Assembly: GCF_036971445.1 (NCBI RefSeq)
Contig: NC_091469.1
Location: 188,418,001 to 188,482,000, forward strand
Reading direction: 5' to 3'
DNA: 64,000 nucleotides
Source: Narcine bancroftii
Taxonomy: Eukaryota
Below are positions 12,298 through 25,543 of this stretch, in pieces. The position numbers and the translations under genes are program-made. The number at the start of each line of letters is the position of its first letter. Position 1 is the first letter of the stretch. The notes beneath the pieces were generated by a model. That model was not told where the DNA came from, searched no databases, and saw nothing but the letters and a program-made list of their open reading frames with translations.

Positions 12298-14366
12298 TAT
12301 GCATACATTATTAGAATAGACATTTAGCAATTTAACATTGATACAATGCAATTAAGCACAGGCTGCAGTGAGAGTTTCAGTGATGGCAGATGTAGAACTT
12401 TTTTAATGACGGGAATAAATGCTGTGTTCTGTTCTAACATTTTTAAAAAAATGATCAATGAACTAGTTCAATTAGTGATTGGAATCTTCCTGAATTCTGA
12501 CATTTTTCATATTGTTATTGTTCAAAGATCTCTGGTTTTAAATCTGTCAACTTTTTGTATGGTAGGCCATTGTTTGATGCTCTGAATGCTATATTTAAGT
12601 AGTGGAGTGAGAAAAATAAAGACATGCCTCTTAAATCAGTTTGCCCTGTGGTGTCAATTGAAGTGCATGTCTGTATCCAACTGAAGGATGTTTAGTTTTT
12701 AATTTTAAGCGTGGGAAAATCCTATCAAGTGTACATTGAATAGATCTATCCTTTCTACAAATCTACAAATATCTACAAAACTTGTAGAAATTAATAAAGT
12801 AAGCATATTTGTTAAAATATTTGGAGAACTAAATGAAAAGGAAAGTTTCTGAGGTCCCATGTTTAGAATGATTGGTTTCAAGGTCATTTGGTTTTAAACG
12901 TTTTTTCCTTAATGTTGATTTGAATTGATGAACCACTTGTACGCGGCACTGAAAATAATTTTATTCTTTGATTAAAACAGTGTATATTTTGTAATGAAGA
13001 CTCTCAAATGGCATTTCAATTCCCTTTCAAATTTCAAAGGGATGGATATAACTGGCAGATACTATGTTGGTTTTATCTTGTTCAGAAATGCTTCATTTAT
13101 AAATATAAGCTTCAATGTATGAACCTGAGCAAAGTTGATTATGCAGTACAGTATTGAGTTTACATGGTTTGTGTGTTTTCCATTCCAATGAAATGTGAAC
13201 AGAGGCCCCAGAATACTAGATTTTTTGCTTTCAGGGACCTCTGCTGGGTTACTGTCAAGTTGCTGTAGATCTTTCAAGTCACATTTCTGTTTCCCATAGA
13301 TATGAGGGTTTTTGTTAAATTGCTCACTTTTGCCAAAATTATGAATGCAATTTTATGAAGTATTTTTAATAAAAGGAAGAAAGAATATTATTGAAATTGG
13401 GCTGAAATGGGAAATTATTTGAGCAGATGACAAAATAGTTCTTAAGAGATTAATTTAAAAATCCCTCTCAAAAGAATAAAGGAAGGAACAGAATTTAGAG
13501 AAAGAATTCTAAACTTTAGAACTAAGGTAGAGAAGGCAAGGATGAGCAAGTAGCTAGAGTTCAACAGATGCAGATGACTTGCATTATAGGGTTGGAAAAT
13601 GTCGGGTCATGGAGGATGGAAGCCGTGGAGTTGGTTCAAAACAAGGATAAGAACTTTAAAATTGTGTATTGTTTAACCGAGAAACAGTGTACAATGGGAA
13701 GCCAGGGAATGATGGGTAACAGAACTTGTTAATGTTAAGATATAGACAACAGAGTTTAAGCTGAATTTGTGTTTTAAGGATGGTTGAGTAAGAGAATCTA
13801 TTGAAATAATTAAGACTAAAGATGACAAAGACATGGATGATAGTATCAGCGGCTGATGAACTGAAGGAGAGTCAGAGTCAGGTGAAGAGGTGGGCCCATC
13901 TAGTTTACAAATCATATCGATGTGAACTTGAGTCAAATATAAAACCAAGGTTGTGAAGAAAACATATGACTTTCACATAGAATGAAATCTGAAATTTAAT
14001 AAAATTGCTGGAAATATTACCAGGTTAGGCAGCATCTGGAACTGGAAACTGAGTGAAAGGTTTAGATTGAGGACCTTTTATGCATTAGCCTAGAAAAGGT
14101 ATTGGGTCTGCAGATCCGGTTTGTTTTTTGATGGGGATTGATGTTGGTGGCTGGTCTGTCCAAAGTTTGATGTTGGATGAGAGACAGTATGATAATTTAG
14201 AGACTGGTGGTGGTAGGGCAGAGAAAGGGATGGAAAAGAGATGACTGGGTATAGTTGGGACATGTGCGTCAAGATTATTGGTGATGTTATGTTGTCAGTA
14301 TTCACATGGGAGGCCATAAATAATAACCAGACTGCCATACTCTTTTTCCTCTGATTCCTTTTCCAG

Positions 14367-14802
14367 GACACACAGGAATTTCTCCGATGTTTGATGGATC
14401 AACTTCATGAAGAACTTAAGGAACCTTTGACAGAGAGAGATTGTGACTCTTCGAGTGACACAGAAGAAAAGCGAGATGGGGACAGGAGTCCTTCAGAGGA
14501 TGAGTTTCTCTCATGTGACTCTGGCGCAAGCAGTGATAAAGGGGAAGGGGAAAACAGAAGCAAATGTTCCTCTGAGAAGCAGATTGAAACAGAGCTATTG
14601 ATCCAGGATGAATGTGGAAAAGGAATTTCAGAAAAAGAGAGGCAAAAGGACAGAAAATTTTCATGTGGCCACCATAGACTGGGGTTAGTGGATGCAATTG
14701 ATGAAGATGCAGATGTAGACACATCTTTGAGTTCGGGAGATGCTGGAGGTTCTGGTGATGCCAGAACTGCTATGGTTTCTAGAAGTCCTTGCAGAGCACC
14801 AG
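14367..14802 (+). CDS. USP20: USP20 exon F (QQD box and acidic insert)
   Basis: ccag|GACACA...CCAG|gtgttg; [20 protein letters not shown]...RSPCRAP; matches ORF 14391..14828. Confidence 0.94.
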
Positions 14803-15237
14803 GTGTTGTATTTAAATACTTTTCTTAAGCTTACTTTGACCTGTTCAATTAGTGAACCTTGTGTAGTGTTTACTAACGCAATCTTGTACCATTTCAGTAT
14901 TTTACCATTATGTACAACAAATTTCATGACAAGTTTATCCAATAAATTATAAATTGTTATCTACCTTTAATGGCATTTTACACATACCTGTAGAATGAAT
15001 ACAGAATGATATTCAATGATCTGAGATAACAGGCTTGAATTCTAAATTTTCTCTTATGGGAATTTTAAGAGAAACTGAATCTTTATGGGAACAATTCTTC
15101 TCTTCACTGATAGCTTTATTGTGATATTTGAAATGAAAGCTAGATTCTCCCCCAATATAATATGCTGTAAAGCCAGTCATCCTGCTTCAGTGTTGGAAAA
15201 GATAACCTTTTTGATTTCATTTGTTTGCCTGATCCAG

Positions 15238-15375
15238 AACCTGACAATGATGTAAACATTCGCCGCACGTCACGATCTTGCAGCCCTATCCATCAAGAAC
15301 TTCATTCCAAGTTGTCCAGCAGCCCACCTCGATCGAGTCCAATGAGGGCAGTGTCACCATTTTCTTTGAAGAAAG
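15238..15375 (+). CDS. USP20: USP20 exon G
   Basis: ccag|AACCTG...AAAG|gtactc; EPDNDVNIRRTSRSCSPIHQELHSKLSSSPPRSSP...LKK. Confidence 0.93.
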
Positions 15376-16654
15376 GTACTCTTCCAAAGTGCTATTATAA
15401 TAATTTCCTTGTGATTTTTTTAAAAAACACTGGCATTATGGCAAAAGATAAAATACAATATACTAATAAATTCTGAATCTATGTTCTTTTGGTCATGTGA
15501 TTTTTTTTTAAAAGAAAAAACTAATTGTACCTCTTCAAATGAATTTATTTGCAGTTCAGAACAATGTTTCTTCCTAGTTTTCTTAAAAGCATTCTTAAGC
15601 AACTGAAGTTGTCAGATTGACCAAATGACAATTTTTTAGTAATGTGCTTGTGAATAGGCAAAACCACATATTGTACTCCTGAAGACACAAAATAAGGTCT
15701 TCTTTTAAGTAGATAAATGCAAATGATTAGGAGCATATTTTTGATTTTAATATTAAATACTTTTTGTTTTAAAGTATGTTGATACAATCAAGAAAACATT
15801 AATTTGTCTACAGATTTCAACTTGATTAATATTATCCTCTTTCAGGGCCTCTTCACTGTCATCCAATTTAGTGTGCCTACTTACATGACACCTTTTTCTC
15901 ATCTGTCTAGTTGTAGCCAGAGGATTTCATGTAATGACATTGCTTCCTATTCACCCCATGAATTAATCTTTAAACTTAGCGTCCATAGAAATCAAAAGGC
16001 TGTTAACGTTTTGAGCCTTCCTCAGAAGTGCCGAAAATCAGTCAGTCATGTGAATAAACTAGCGCAAGGGGGAAGGGGGAGGAAGACTATTTTAAAGTGT
16101 TCTTGACCAGCCTTCCACATTTTATTCATCACAAACTTGAGATGAAGTAAAACTCAAACCTTTAGTGTTCTAACTCGCACTGCCTAATTTGGTTAAAAAC
16201 CTTGCGCCTGTTTTCTGACCTCTTAATTTTAAAATATCAATCCTTGTTTTAAAATACTTCATCCCTAACTGTCTCTGCAGCTACTCCAGTCCTGAAACAC
16301 TTGAGATGCCTGCATTCTTCTTTTTGGTCTTGTGACCATCCCTGGTTTTAATTGTCTCTCCACCTGGCCATGAGTTATTCCAAGATTGTAAAGTGGCAAT
16401 CTCTTAAATATTTCTGGCTATCTGTGTCTTCCTCCTTTTTAAAAGCTACATCTTCAATCATGTTTGATCATTTTCCTGAATATATTGTCTTGAGGTTTGG
16501 TGTCAAATTTTGTTTTGTTATTATTCTGTATTGTACTCTGCAACTCTGTTACATAGCAGTATTACACAAATACAATTTATGCATGTTGGCGTGAATTTTA
16601 TTATCTCGATTTAGTCATTTTACAATGTGTAATTCATTTTTTTTCCTCATTCAG

Positions 16655-16767
16655 CGCAACTTCTGTTGTCAACCAAGAAGAAAAGGCAACCCAAATATCG
16701 CAGTGTAATTTCTGATATTTTTGATGGGTCAATATTGAGCCTAGTCCAGTGTCTCACCTGTGACAGA
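16655..16767 (+). CDS. USP20: USP20 exon H
   Basis: tcag|CGCAAC...GACAGA|gtaagc; ...[24 protein letters not shown]. Confidence 0.95.
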
Positions 16768-18086
16768 GTAAGCCTCTTTGAGCTAATATATTATAATTTG
16801 GTGTAGAATCCTGCAGTAATTTGGAGCTATTCATTTAGTTTTATTATTATTCTTTTGTAACTGCAGCACATCAAGTAGTTTCCCCTCAAAGCTTTAGTTA
16901 ATTAAACTTATTTAATAACTAACAATCACTGACCCCTGTGGAGCTGATGCATTTTACTACATTTATCCTGTAAATTGAATGCTCTTTCCATATTAACTTG
17001 CTAGTTATTATGTCAGTTCATACGTCTAAACATGAAATAAATATTTAGACCTCTGAAATTTAAAAATTACATTTCAAAGGTTTTTAAAAAGCACCATCAA
17101 TTGCCCTCCATACCTATCTTAATCCATCCATTTCTTTTTGCTTGTTATGACCTATTTTGTCTGTCTGTTTCTATTTCATTGCCTGCATTAAAGGTTAATT
17201 ATCACAGAATGTCAATTGTTGTAAAGCTTAAAAAAAAGCATATTTTCTCTTTAATGATTAATTCAAGTAGCTTTTGCACGACAGTTTTTGAAGAAAATGT
17301 AAACACTGGATCTTGACTCCAGAAAACAGCACCAAAAATACAGAATGTGGTGAATAGGATTAAACTGGTCATTTTTTGATTTGGAAGGCTGTGATCTGTG
17401 GTGTGCCACAGAGATTGGTTTTGGAGTCCATGTGTTTGCATACCGTATTCGCCGATGATACAAAGCGAGGTGGTGTCATGAAGTGTGAGAAGAATGCAGA
17501 GAGGTTTCAGATGGATATAGACAAATGAATATCAGCCATTGTTGATTTGAATATTGAAGTAGGTATAAGCAGCCAAATGATCTATTTCTGTTTCTAAAGT
17601 TCATAAGTATAAAATTGATCTCCACTCTTTAATTTTTTTTTAAACTGGTTTTACACCTTCCATTGTAGTCATATGGCATTTACAAAGATGTTGAATTTTT
17701 GGTGGAGAAACAAAAGAATGAATATGTTGTGTGCAACACAGGTAAATAAAGATGGTTGGGGACCAAGTTGGTTCTTTTCCAACTTGAACAGCCACATTCC
17801 AGCAGCTTTTAAACATATCATTTCTGGACAAGCTGAAGAAGTCTGCTGAGAAATATATCATAGAATTTCCATTTCACTTAAACAGCGATAAGACTGGTGT
17901 TGCATTACTTATTTCCAAATGTTTCAGCAGGGGTGGGTGGATAAACAATTTAACAGCATAAACCAGAAGTTACTACCTGTGAGGTATCATTGTACCATGA
18001 ATTAGGCAGAAGTGGAACCTACTTCTGTCTCACCATTAGCATGCATTAAATGATGTGAAGTTGCTTTATTTATGCAGGAGATATAG

Positions 18087-18331
18087 TCTTTTCTTCTTTG
18101 GCTTGGCGGACGAAGATTTATGAAGGGGTAATGTCCACGTCAGCTGCAGGTTGGTTTGTGACTGACAAGTCCGATGCAGGACAGGCAGACACGGTTGCAG
18201 TGGTTGCAGGGGAAAATTGGTTGGTTGGGGTTGGGTTTTTCCTCCTTTGTCTTTTGTCAGTGAGGTGGGCTCTGCGGTCTTGTTTAAAGGAGGTTGCTGC
18301 CCGCCGAACTATGAGGCGCCAAGATGCACGG
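18087..18331 (-). mobile_element. RTE LINE 3' fragment
   Basis: Near-identical to the 3' ends at 42375 and 48402. Confidence 0.88.
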
Positions 18332-18439
18332 TAGTAAAACTCTAGTTATCCACTATAAACCTCTATATATTTAAGCCTGCAGCAGAAAACTCCCACTTGT
18401 CTTAGTAGCTGTTTAACAATGAGATCATTATTAATTACT

Positions 18440-18766
18440 TGCAGCTGCCTGACACAGGAAACGTCCATCAAATTCTGCGATCGAGCAAACAGCGGGCAGG
18501 TTGAGACGCCCACTCCCATAGGCTACAGGAATAGCGGTTGAATCAACCAGTCACCGCCAGAGGATTGCAGAGGGTCCATTCTGGGCCCACTCATCCAGTA
18601 CAGCCACTTGGCAACCAGCCCTGCTCAAGCCACACCCCAGAGGTGGTGCAGCTGGCTGCCTATAAAAGGAAGCTGCAGCCCAATAAAGTCAGTGTTGATT
18701 ACACTCTCTTCGTGTGAGAGTCTGCTTTCTTCAACTTCGTGCTTTAACTGTAGCAACCCCACTACA
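18440..18766 (+). mobile_element. Solo LTR
   Basis: TGCAG...CTACA termini, TATAAAA 18661, AATAAA 18682, flanks tact/tgct (3 of 4 match). Confidence 0.7.
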
Positions 18767-19506
18767 TGCTCACAATGTACTTCTGGTAATGAAAAATGAC
18801 TGCTAAAAGTATGCAGCATCTTTAAGGATTTAGTTATTGATCAAATTCCACATTGGCTTATCATCGGCATATGTTACAAGTTCAAATCTCAAACTTGAAC
18901 CAATATCCTCTGAATCAGAGATGGGATCGCTACCACTGAGCGAGGGCCAACTTTTCAGAAAATCAGGATTATTTAACATGACTTTTTTTTTGCAGTTAGT
19001 CAGGATTTTGTATGTCATAATAGAGAATACTGACATAACTTGACCTGCAGTAATTAATAAATGCACTCACAAATTAAATTAATGAAATTGATTCAAGGCA
19101 AGTCAAAACAAAATAAACTGTTTGGGATTAAATTTCCACTTTTCTATAGAAGTACAAGATTATTTTATGCAATATGTCATGCTAAATTGTTTTTATTTAA
19201 TGTTTTAAAACTTCTTCAGCTTCTATGTGTAGATCCCGGAAGATTATAATACTTGATTAAAGAGAGCCACATGGTATCAAATGGTTGCTCTGAACAATAA
19301 GATAAATAGATACAGTATATAATTGAAATTCAAACAACAAAAGGCAGAGAATATCAAAGGATGTGGAGAAGAGGTTAGGACACAATGTTACAGTATATTG
19401 AAGAAGATGCAGTTTACTTGCATGAAGTATTGTAATTGGATGATGCACCAAAACATTAGCAAATTTGTATCTTTTAATTTAACATGATAAAACTATCCTG
19501 TTACAG

Positions 19507-19679
19507 ATTTCTTCCACAGTGGAAACATTTCAAGATTTGTCTTTGCCAATCCCTGGTAAAGAGGACCTGGCTAAATTACATGCATCCATCCACCAAAATT
19601 TACCTGTGAAAAGTGGCACCTGTGGTGATGCTTACACTACACAAGGATGGGTAGCATTTATTATGGATTATATTAGAAG
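19507..19679 (+). CDS. USP20: USP20 exon I
   Basis: acag|ATTTCT...AGAAG|gtaaat; [25 protein letters not shown]...[13 protein letters not shown]. Confidence 0.96.
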
Positions 19680-20409
19680 GTAAATGGTGTTTCCAAAACT
19701 GGTTAGATTTCAGATAAAGCTCCTTCACACATTGCTTTAGTCCATTTTTGTTTAAGTTTGTCTTACCATTCTTCAGTTTGCTTTTACTAAACATTGGCAT
19801 ACCAATTTATAAAATTGCATTTTTTTTAATTAAAAGCAAGTATGAAATTTATCAAAAGGCATACTGAACAAGTGGATACTTCATGAAATGGGTCTGTGCA
19901 CCTGATCTGCCATTTACATTCAAGCAACATTGCTATTTTGCCTGTATGGTGATTTGGATGTTTTGCCTTTTATCTATTCTGCTGTGACACAGACATTGAA
20001 CATTTTAACCATTCTTGAATCTCAATTTGTAGAATCTCTCCAAACTGATGGAATTATTACTATTGCAAGTGCAATTGTATTAAACTTTCTCATTCAGCAA
20101 AAGTGAGTCATTCCACCAGTCAGTGTTAACTGCAGATTTTATTTTTTTTTTTTTTTTTTTTTTACTTCCATCGAAAGCTTCAAATGCCCGTAATGAAATA
20201 AAGTTTTAAAAACTTGGTTAAGTTCATATTAGCAGATAAATAAATTAATTTGTTATCAATTGAAATTTGGTAACAGAAAAGAGTAACAAAAAATAGATTT
20301 ACAAAATTTAGAGTTATGTTAAATGCTTGCCTTCTTTTCATGTCTTTTTTTTTGTTTTATTTATGTTCTGCTTGCAACTGGATATGAAAATACAGGTTTT
20401 GAGTTGTGA

Positions 20410-20586
<177 letters not shown>

Positions 20587-21287
20587 TGAACTATTTTCAT
20601 AGAGGTGGATAGACAACATGAACACACAACAAATTTCCCATTTGCACAAGCTTTCACAGTTGAAGGGTGAATGTAGTAGTACTCTTCACTCCTTTTCTAA
20701 TATTTATGCCAATCTCTTTTCATCTTCCAAACTCATTCTGGATATACACTTGCATTCTGCATCCACACCTAATATTTGCATTGAATGCTACAACTCCATA
20801 TGGTTCAAGCAGTTCATTGTTTGAATATTTTAAACTTTTCCCTTTAATTGACAGACATGTATTGATGGAAGTATTTTGGATCCAAAATGTCATGAGGTGT
20901 TTCATTTTGTTTTTCCTCGTTCCCCAAACTGTAAAGATGTAGTGAGAATATCATTTGATGTGTTCCTTTGAGCATGCATTAATAAATAATGAACCAAGCC
21001 AAATCAACAAATGGAATTAGTATAAGACTATAGCATTTATCTATCAGACTTTTAATTGTAAAATAATGAAATTGCTTATTTTTTTCCTCTCTAAACAACT
21101 ATACCTGGCATGGCAGTAAATTTCTGTCTCAATGAATGTAAAATTTCATCTTAGAATTGGTATAAAGGCTGTTGCATTTGTTTCAACCACTTATTTATTT
21201 TTAGGTGGATTTACTTTGGAACAAAGAATGTGGTGGATAGCACATTTAGTGAGTTGGTCATACCACAACTTGAGAATAGAGAAAGAT

Positions 21288-24200
21288 AGGGACTGGATGA
21301 CCAATAGCAAGAGCAGTACCAGGAAGGTAGTGCAGGAATCTTCTGTAGTCATCACCCTCCAAAACAGATATACCACTTTAGATATTGTTGGGAGTGATGG
21401 CCCATCAGGAGAAGGCAGCAGTAGGCAAGATCATGGAACTGAGTAGATGTGCAAGAGGGAGAGAAAAAATGAGCAGTAGAGCAATAGCTATAGGGGATTC
21501 TATAGTAAGGGGAACAGACAGGAGCTTCTATGGCTGCAAACAAGACTCCTGGATGGTGTGTTGCCTCCCAGGTGCAAGGATCAGGGATGTCTCAAAGCAG
21601 CTGTAGGACATTCTGAAAGGGGAGAGTGAACAGCTGGCTGTCATTGTCCATATTGGTACCAAGAAGAAAATGGGATGAGGTCCTACAAGATGAATATAGG
21701 GATCTAGGAGTAGGACCTCAAAAGTAATAATCTCTGGATTATTACCAGTGCCACAAGATAGTCAGAGTTGAAGTAGCAGGATAATTAATGAATATGTGGC
21801 ATGAATGGTGGTGTAGGAGCAAGGGTTTCAGTTTCTTGGGGTATTGGAATATGTTGTTGGGCAGATGGGACCAGTACAAACTGGACAGTCTACATCAGGA
21901 CAGGGCCAGCATAGAGGTCCTAGGGAGATTGTTTGCTAGTGTCATTGGGGAAGGGAACTTATAAAGAAAGAATGAGGAAGGTGGTACAAAGACCAAAGCT
22001 AGAGTTAGGAAAGAAAAAAAAGGTCTGAAAAGTCAAAAACAAAAGATGCAGAGGTCACTAAATTCTAAAAGGAAATGAGCACCAGGGCACTTTATCTAAT
22101 GGCCGTAGTATTAGAAACAAGGTTAGTGAACTTGAGGTGAAAATCAGTACCCAAGCATATGATTTAGTGAGCATAACAGAAACATGGTTGCAAGGTGGGC
22201 AACTAGATATGAAAATACAGGTTTTGAGTCGTGACTTTATCTCATTACGAATAATTTTGATTCATCTTGGTATTTGTGCAATTTCCATTGCAGGTTTGTT
22301 GTGTCATGTATCCCAAGCTGGTTTTGGCTGCTTTTTTTGCTGCTGATGAGGGTATCAGGTAATACGAAAAGAGACTAAGGTAAAGTTTTGGTGGGGTGGC
22401 GCTCTTAATTAGGGAAGAGATCAAGGCAATAGTGAGAGACAATACAAGATCCAAGGAGCAGAATGTTGAGTCCATTTGGGTTGAGATTAAGAATAGTAAG
22501 GGGGGGGGGGGGGGAAGAGAAAATAAAAATCACTGGTGGGAGTTGTCCATCACCCATCAAATAACAATAGCACAGTGGCACAGGCCATTAACAGAGATAA
22601 ATGAGGGATGTAAGAACGGAACGACAGTTGTCGTGGGGGGCTAACTTTCATGTAGATAGGGAAAATCAAGTTGATCAAGGGAGTCTGGAGGATAACTTCA
22701 TAGAATGCATCTGCAATAACTGTCTTGAGCAGCATATTAAGGAACCAACAAGGAGAATGCTATTTTAAATCTAGTATTGTGCAATGAGATAGGTAAAATT
22801 AACGATCTTGTAGTTAGGACCCTCTTGGAAAAAGCGATCATAGTATGATTGAATTTCTCATACAGATGGAGGAGTAATAGATTTAAAACTAGTGTATGAT
22901 GCTTGAACAGGGGAAACTACAACAAGATGAGAAAGAAATTGGACAGTGTGGACTGGGAGCACAGGTTAGTTGGCAGAACAATTGAGGAACAGTGGAAGAC
23001 TCAAAGATTTTTCACAATGCTCAACAAAAATATATTCCTGTTAAAAATGAGGGCAATAAGAGAAGGAAGCATCAGTCTTGGTTAACTAAGGAAATAAAGG
23101 AAAGTATAAAAATTAAGAACTAGTGTACAAAGTACCCAAGAGTAGTGGGAAACTGAAGGATTGGGAAAACTAAAAGGCAGCAAAGGAGAAATAGATGGGA
23201 AATAAGGAAAAGGAAATAGGATTATGAAGGTAAATTAGCATTAAAATATAAAAACAGCAAAAAAATTTATAAATATATAAAACAGGAGAGTGGTTAGAGT
23301 CAACATCGGACCCTTGAAGATGAGAAAGGGAAATTGATAAAGTAATGAGGAAATGGCCTGGTAACTATCAGTAGTTCGTTTCACATCTGTAGTTGTGAAG
23401 ATGCTTGAAGCTGTCATTAAGGATGAAATAGCGAGATATTTAGAACTAGGGTTTTCATCAGGCAGACACAGCATAGATTCAGAAAGAGCAGGTCTTGTTT
23501 GACAAACCTGCTGGAGTACTTTGAGGATATAACGGGTGCGGTTGATAGAGGGGAACAGGTTGATGTTGTATATTTGGATTTTCAGAAGGCGTTTGATAAG
23601 GTACCGCACAAGAGAATTGTAAGATAGAGATGAATGGAGTCGGGGGAAGTATATTGGCCTGGTTTGAGGATTGGTTATCTGACAGAAGGCAGAGAGTCAG
23701 GATAAATGGATGTTTTTCTGATTGGCAGACAGTGGTAAGGGGTGCCGCAGGGGTCATTGCTGGGCCTGCAGCTGTTCACCATTTGCATTGATGATTTGGA
23801 AGAGATGTGAAGAGGCTGCAGAAGGATATAGTTATGTTAGGTGAGTGAGCAAAGGTCTGGCAGATAGAGTACAGTAAATGAGGTTAATCACTTAGGTAGG
23901 AAAAATAGAAGAGCAGATTATTATTTAAATGGTGAAAACTTATAGCATGCTGTAGTGAAGAAGGACTTGGGAGTGCTTATGCAAGAATTGCAAAAAGTTG
24001 GGTTGCAAGTACAACAGTTTATTAAGAAGGCAAATGGAATGTTAGCCTTCATTGCTAGAGGAATTGAATTCAAGGGCAGGGAGGTCATGCTGCAACTATA
24101 CAAGGTACTGGTAAGGCCAGAACTGGAGAATTCTGAGCAGTTCTGTCTCCCTAGTTGAGGAAGGATATACTGGCCTTGGAGGCAGTTCAGAGGAGGTTCA

Positions 24201-24626
24201 CCAGGTTGATCCTGGAGATGAGGGGATTAACCTACAAGGAGAGACTAAATCTCCTAGGATTATGCTCAAATTCAGAAGAATGAGAGGAGATCTTAGAGAA
24301 ACACAAGATTATGAAAGAGATAGAGAAGATAGAACTAGGAAAATTGTTTTCACTGTTAAGTAAGACCTGAACTAGAGGACACAGCCTCAAGATTCAGGGG
24401 AGTAGATTTAAAACTGTTGAGGAAAAACTTTGTCCCAGGGAATCAGTTGAGGCTCCTTCATTAAACATATTTAAGGTTCAGTTAGATATATTTTTACATA
24501 AAGGAATTAAGGGATATGGGGGAAAAGGCAAGTAGATGGAGTTGAATAAATGATCAGATCAGCCATAATCTTGTTAAATGGCTGAGCAGGCCAGATGGCC
24601 TACTCCTGCTCCTATTTCTTATGTTT
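21288..24626 (+). mobile_element. Decayed CR1 LINE, near full length
   Basis: ORF1 esterase (IGDSIVRG...CLPGARIRD), APE (ITETWL, ESIWVEI), RT remnants (KKANGMLAFIARG, LVRPELE), tail cctactcctgctcctatttcttatgtt. Confidence 0.9.
22199..22349 (+). pseudogene. Partial duplicate of USP20 intron end plus exon J inside a CR1 element
   Basis: Direct copy of 20374-20555: 95 intronic nt with 6 mismatches, then 56 exonic nt identical apart from a 31-nt internal deletion. Confidence 0.93.
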
Positions 24627-24854
24627 TTAATGTAGGTGTACAGCATGCATTGTTAATACTACAAAGAAATAGAGGTCCGACGATAGAGCTCAATGTCTGG
24701 TGTAATAGTCACACAACTCTTCTTTAGGAAGTTAACATTTTTTCCTCAAGTATTACAAAATTGTAAGCAGATTAAAAATTTTATTACTCCAGAATTGGTG
24801 TTTTACAGGTGGTTCTTTTCCCTCAGAAGGTCTGAATCAGGAACTGCATTAATT

Positions 24855-25332
24855 CAAGATTCAATTTATTGTGTTGTAATAAAACTGTCATATTACACAA
24901 AATTGCTTTTGCCTGCTGTAAGGCAGACAGATTTGCCATCAGCAGAAATAGTCTGAAGTGCCTCTTAAAGTCAGAAAGAAAAGCAGAGCCCCCCCCCCCC
25001 CCAGAATCACTGAGTATGAGTATCCATTGATTCACCTCCAGAACTGCCGCAGCCTCCACTCCAGATATGAACCTCCAACACTGTCAGGAACCCTTCAGTG
25101 CCTCCACCCCCCCCCCCCCCCCATCCAGTTTCTGATACCTGGTACTCCTTCAGCCAGTCTCCAGCAGTCCGGAGCCCAGTGCAAGTTCCCCGACAGCAGT
25201 CTCTAGCAGCCCAGTCTCCGTGGGTTTCTTGCCTCATCAGCAGCCCACCTTTCAGCTACAGAGCACCCTCACTGGTCTGCCACCATGGTCAACATCCTGT
25301 GGTCATCTCCTCTGCTTATCCTCAGATACAGA
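24855..25332 (-). mobile_element. Non-autonomous retroelement-like repeat, left part; probably resumes at 31571-31860 after the Gypsy insertion
   Basis: ttcaagattcaa tail-like start and GC-rich body on both sides of Gypsy 2; family not identified. Confidence 0.35.
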
Positions 25333-25543
25333 TGTTCATTATTGCATGTTGAATAATATGACAACTGAGAGTATCGTTAAGTAAACTCTACTTTGTTCAC
25401 AGGAGAGAAAGGTTCTTACATGGCATATACTCTGTGCCAAAGCCTGTTTTTTCACCGCCACACCTTTGCAGATCTCCTGCTTGCGCAGAGTGCTGTTGCG
25501 AGTACAGTGGCTGCAACACAATTGCATTGGGTGCAGAGCAGCC

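Noticed and set aside
13400-13960. Possible old L2/CR1 remnants here and at ~16090-16550
   Set aside because: Too decayed to set boundaries or family from sequence alone
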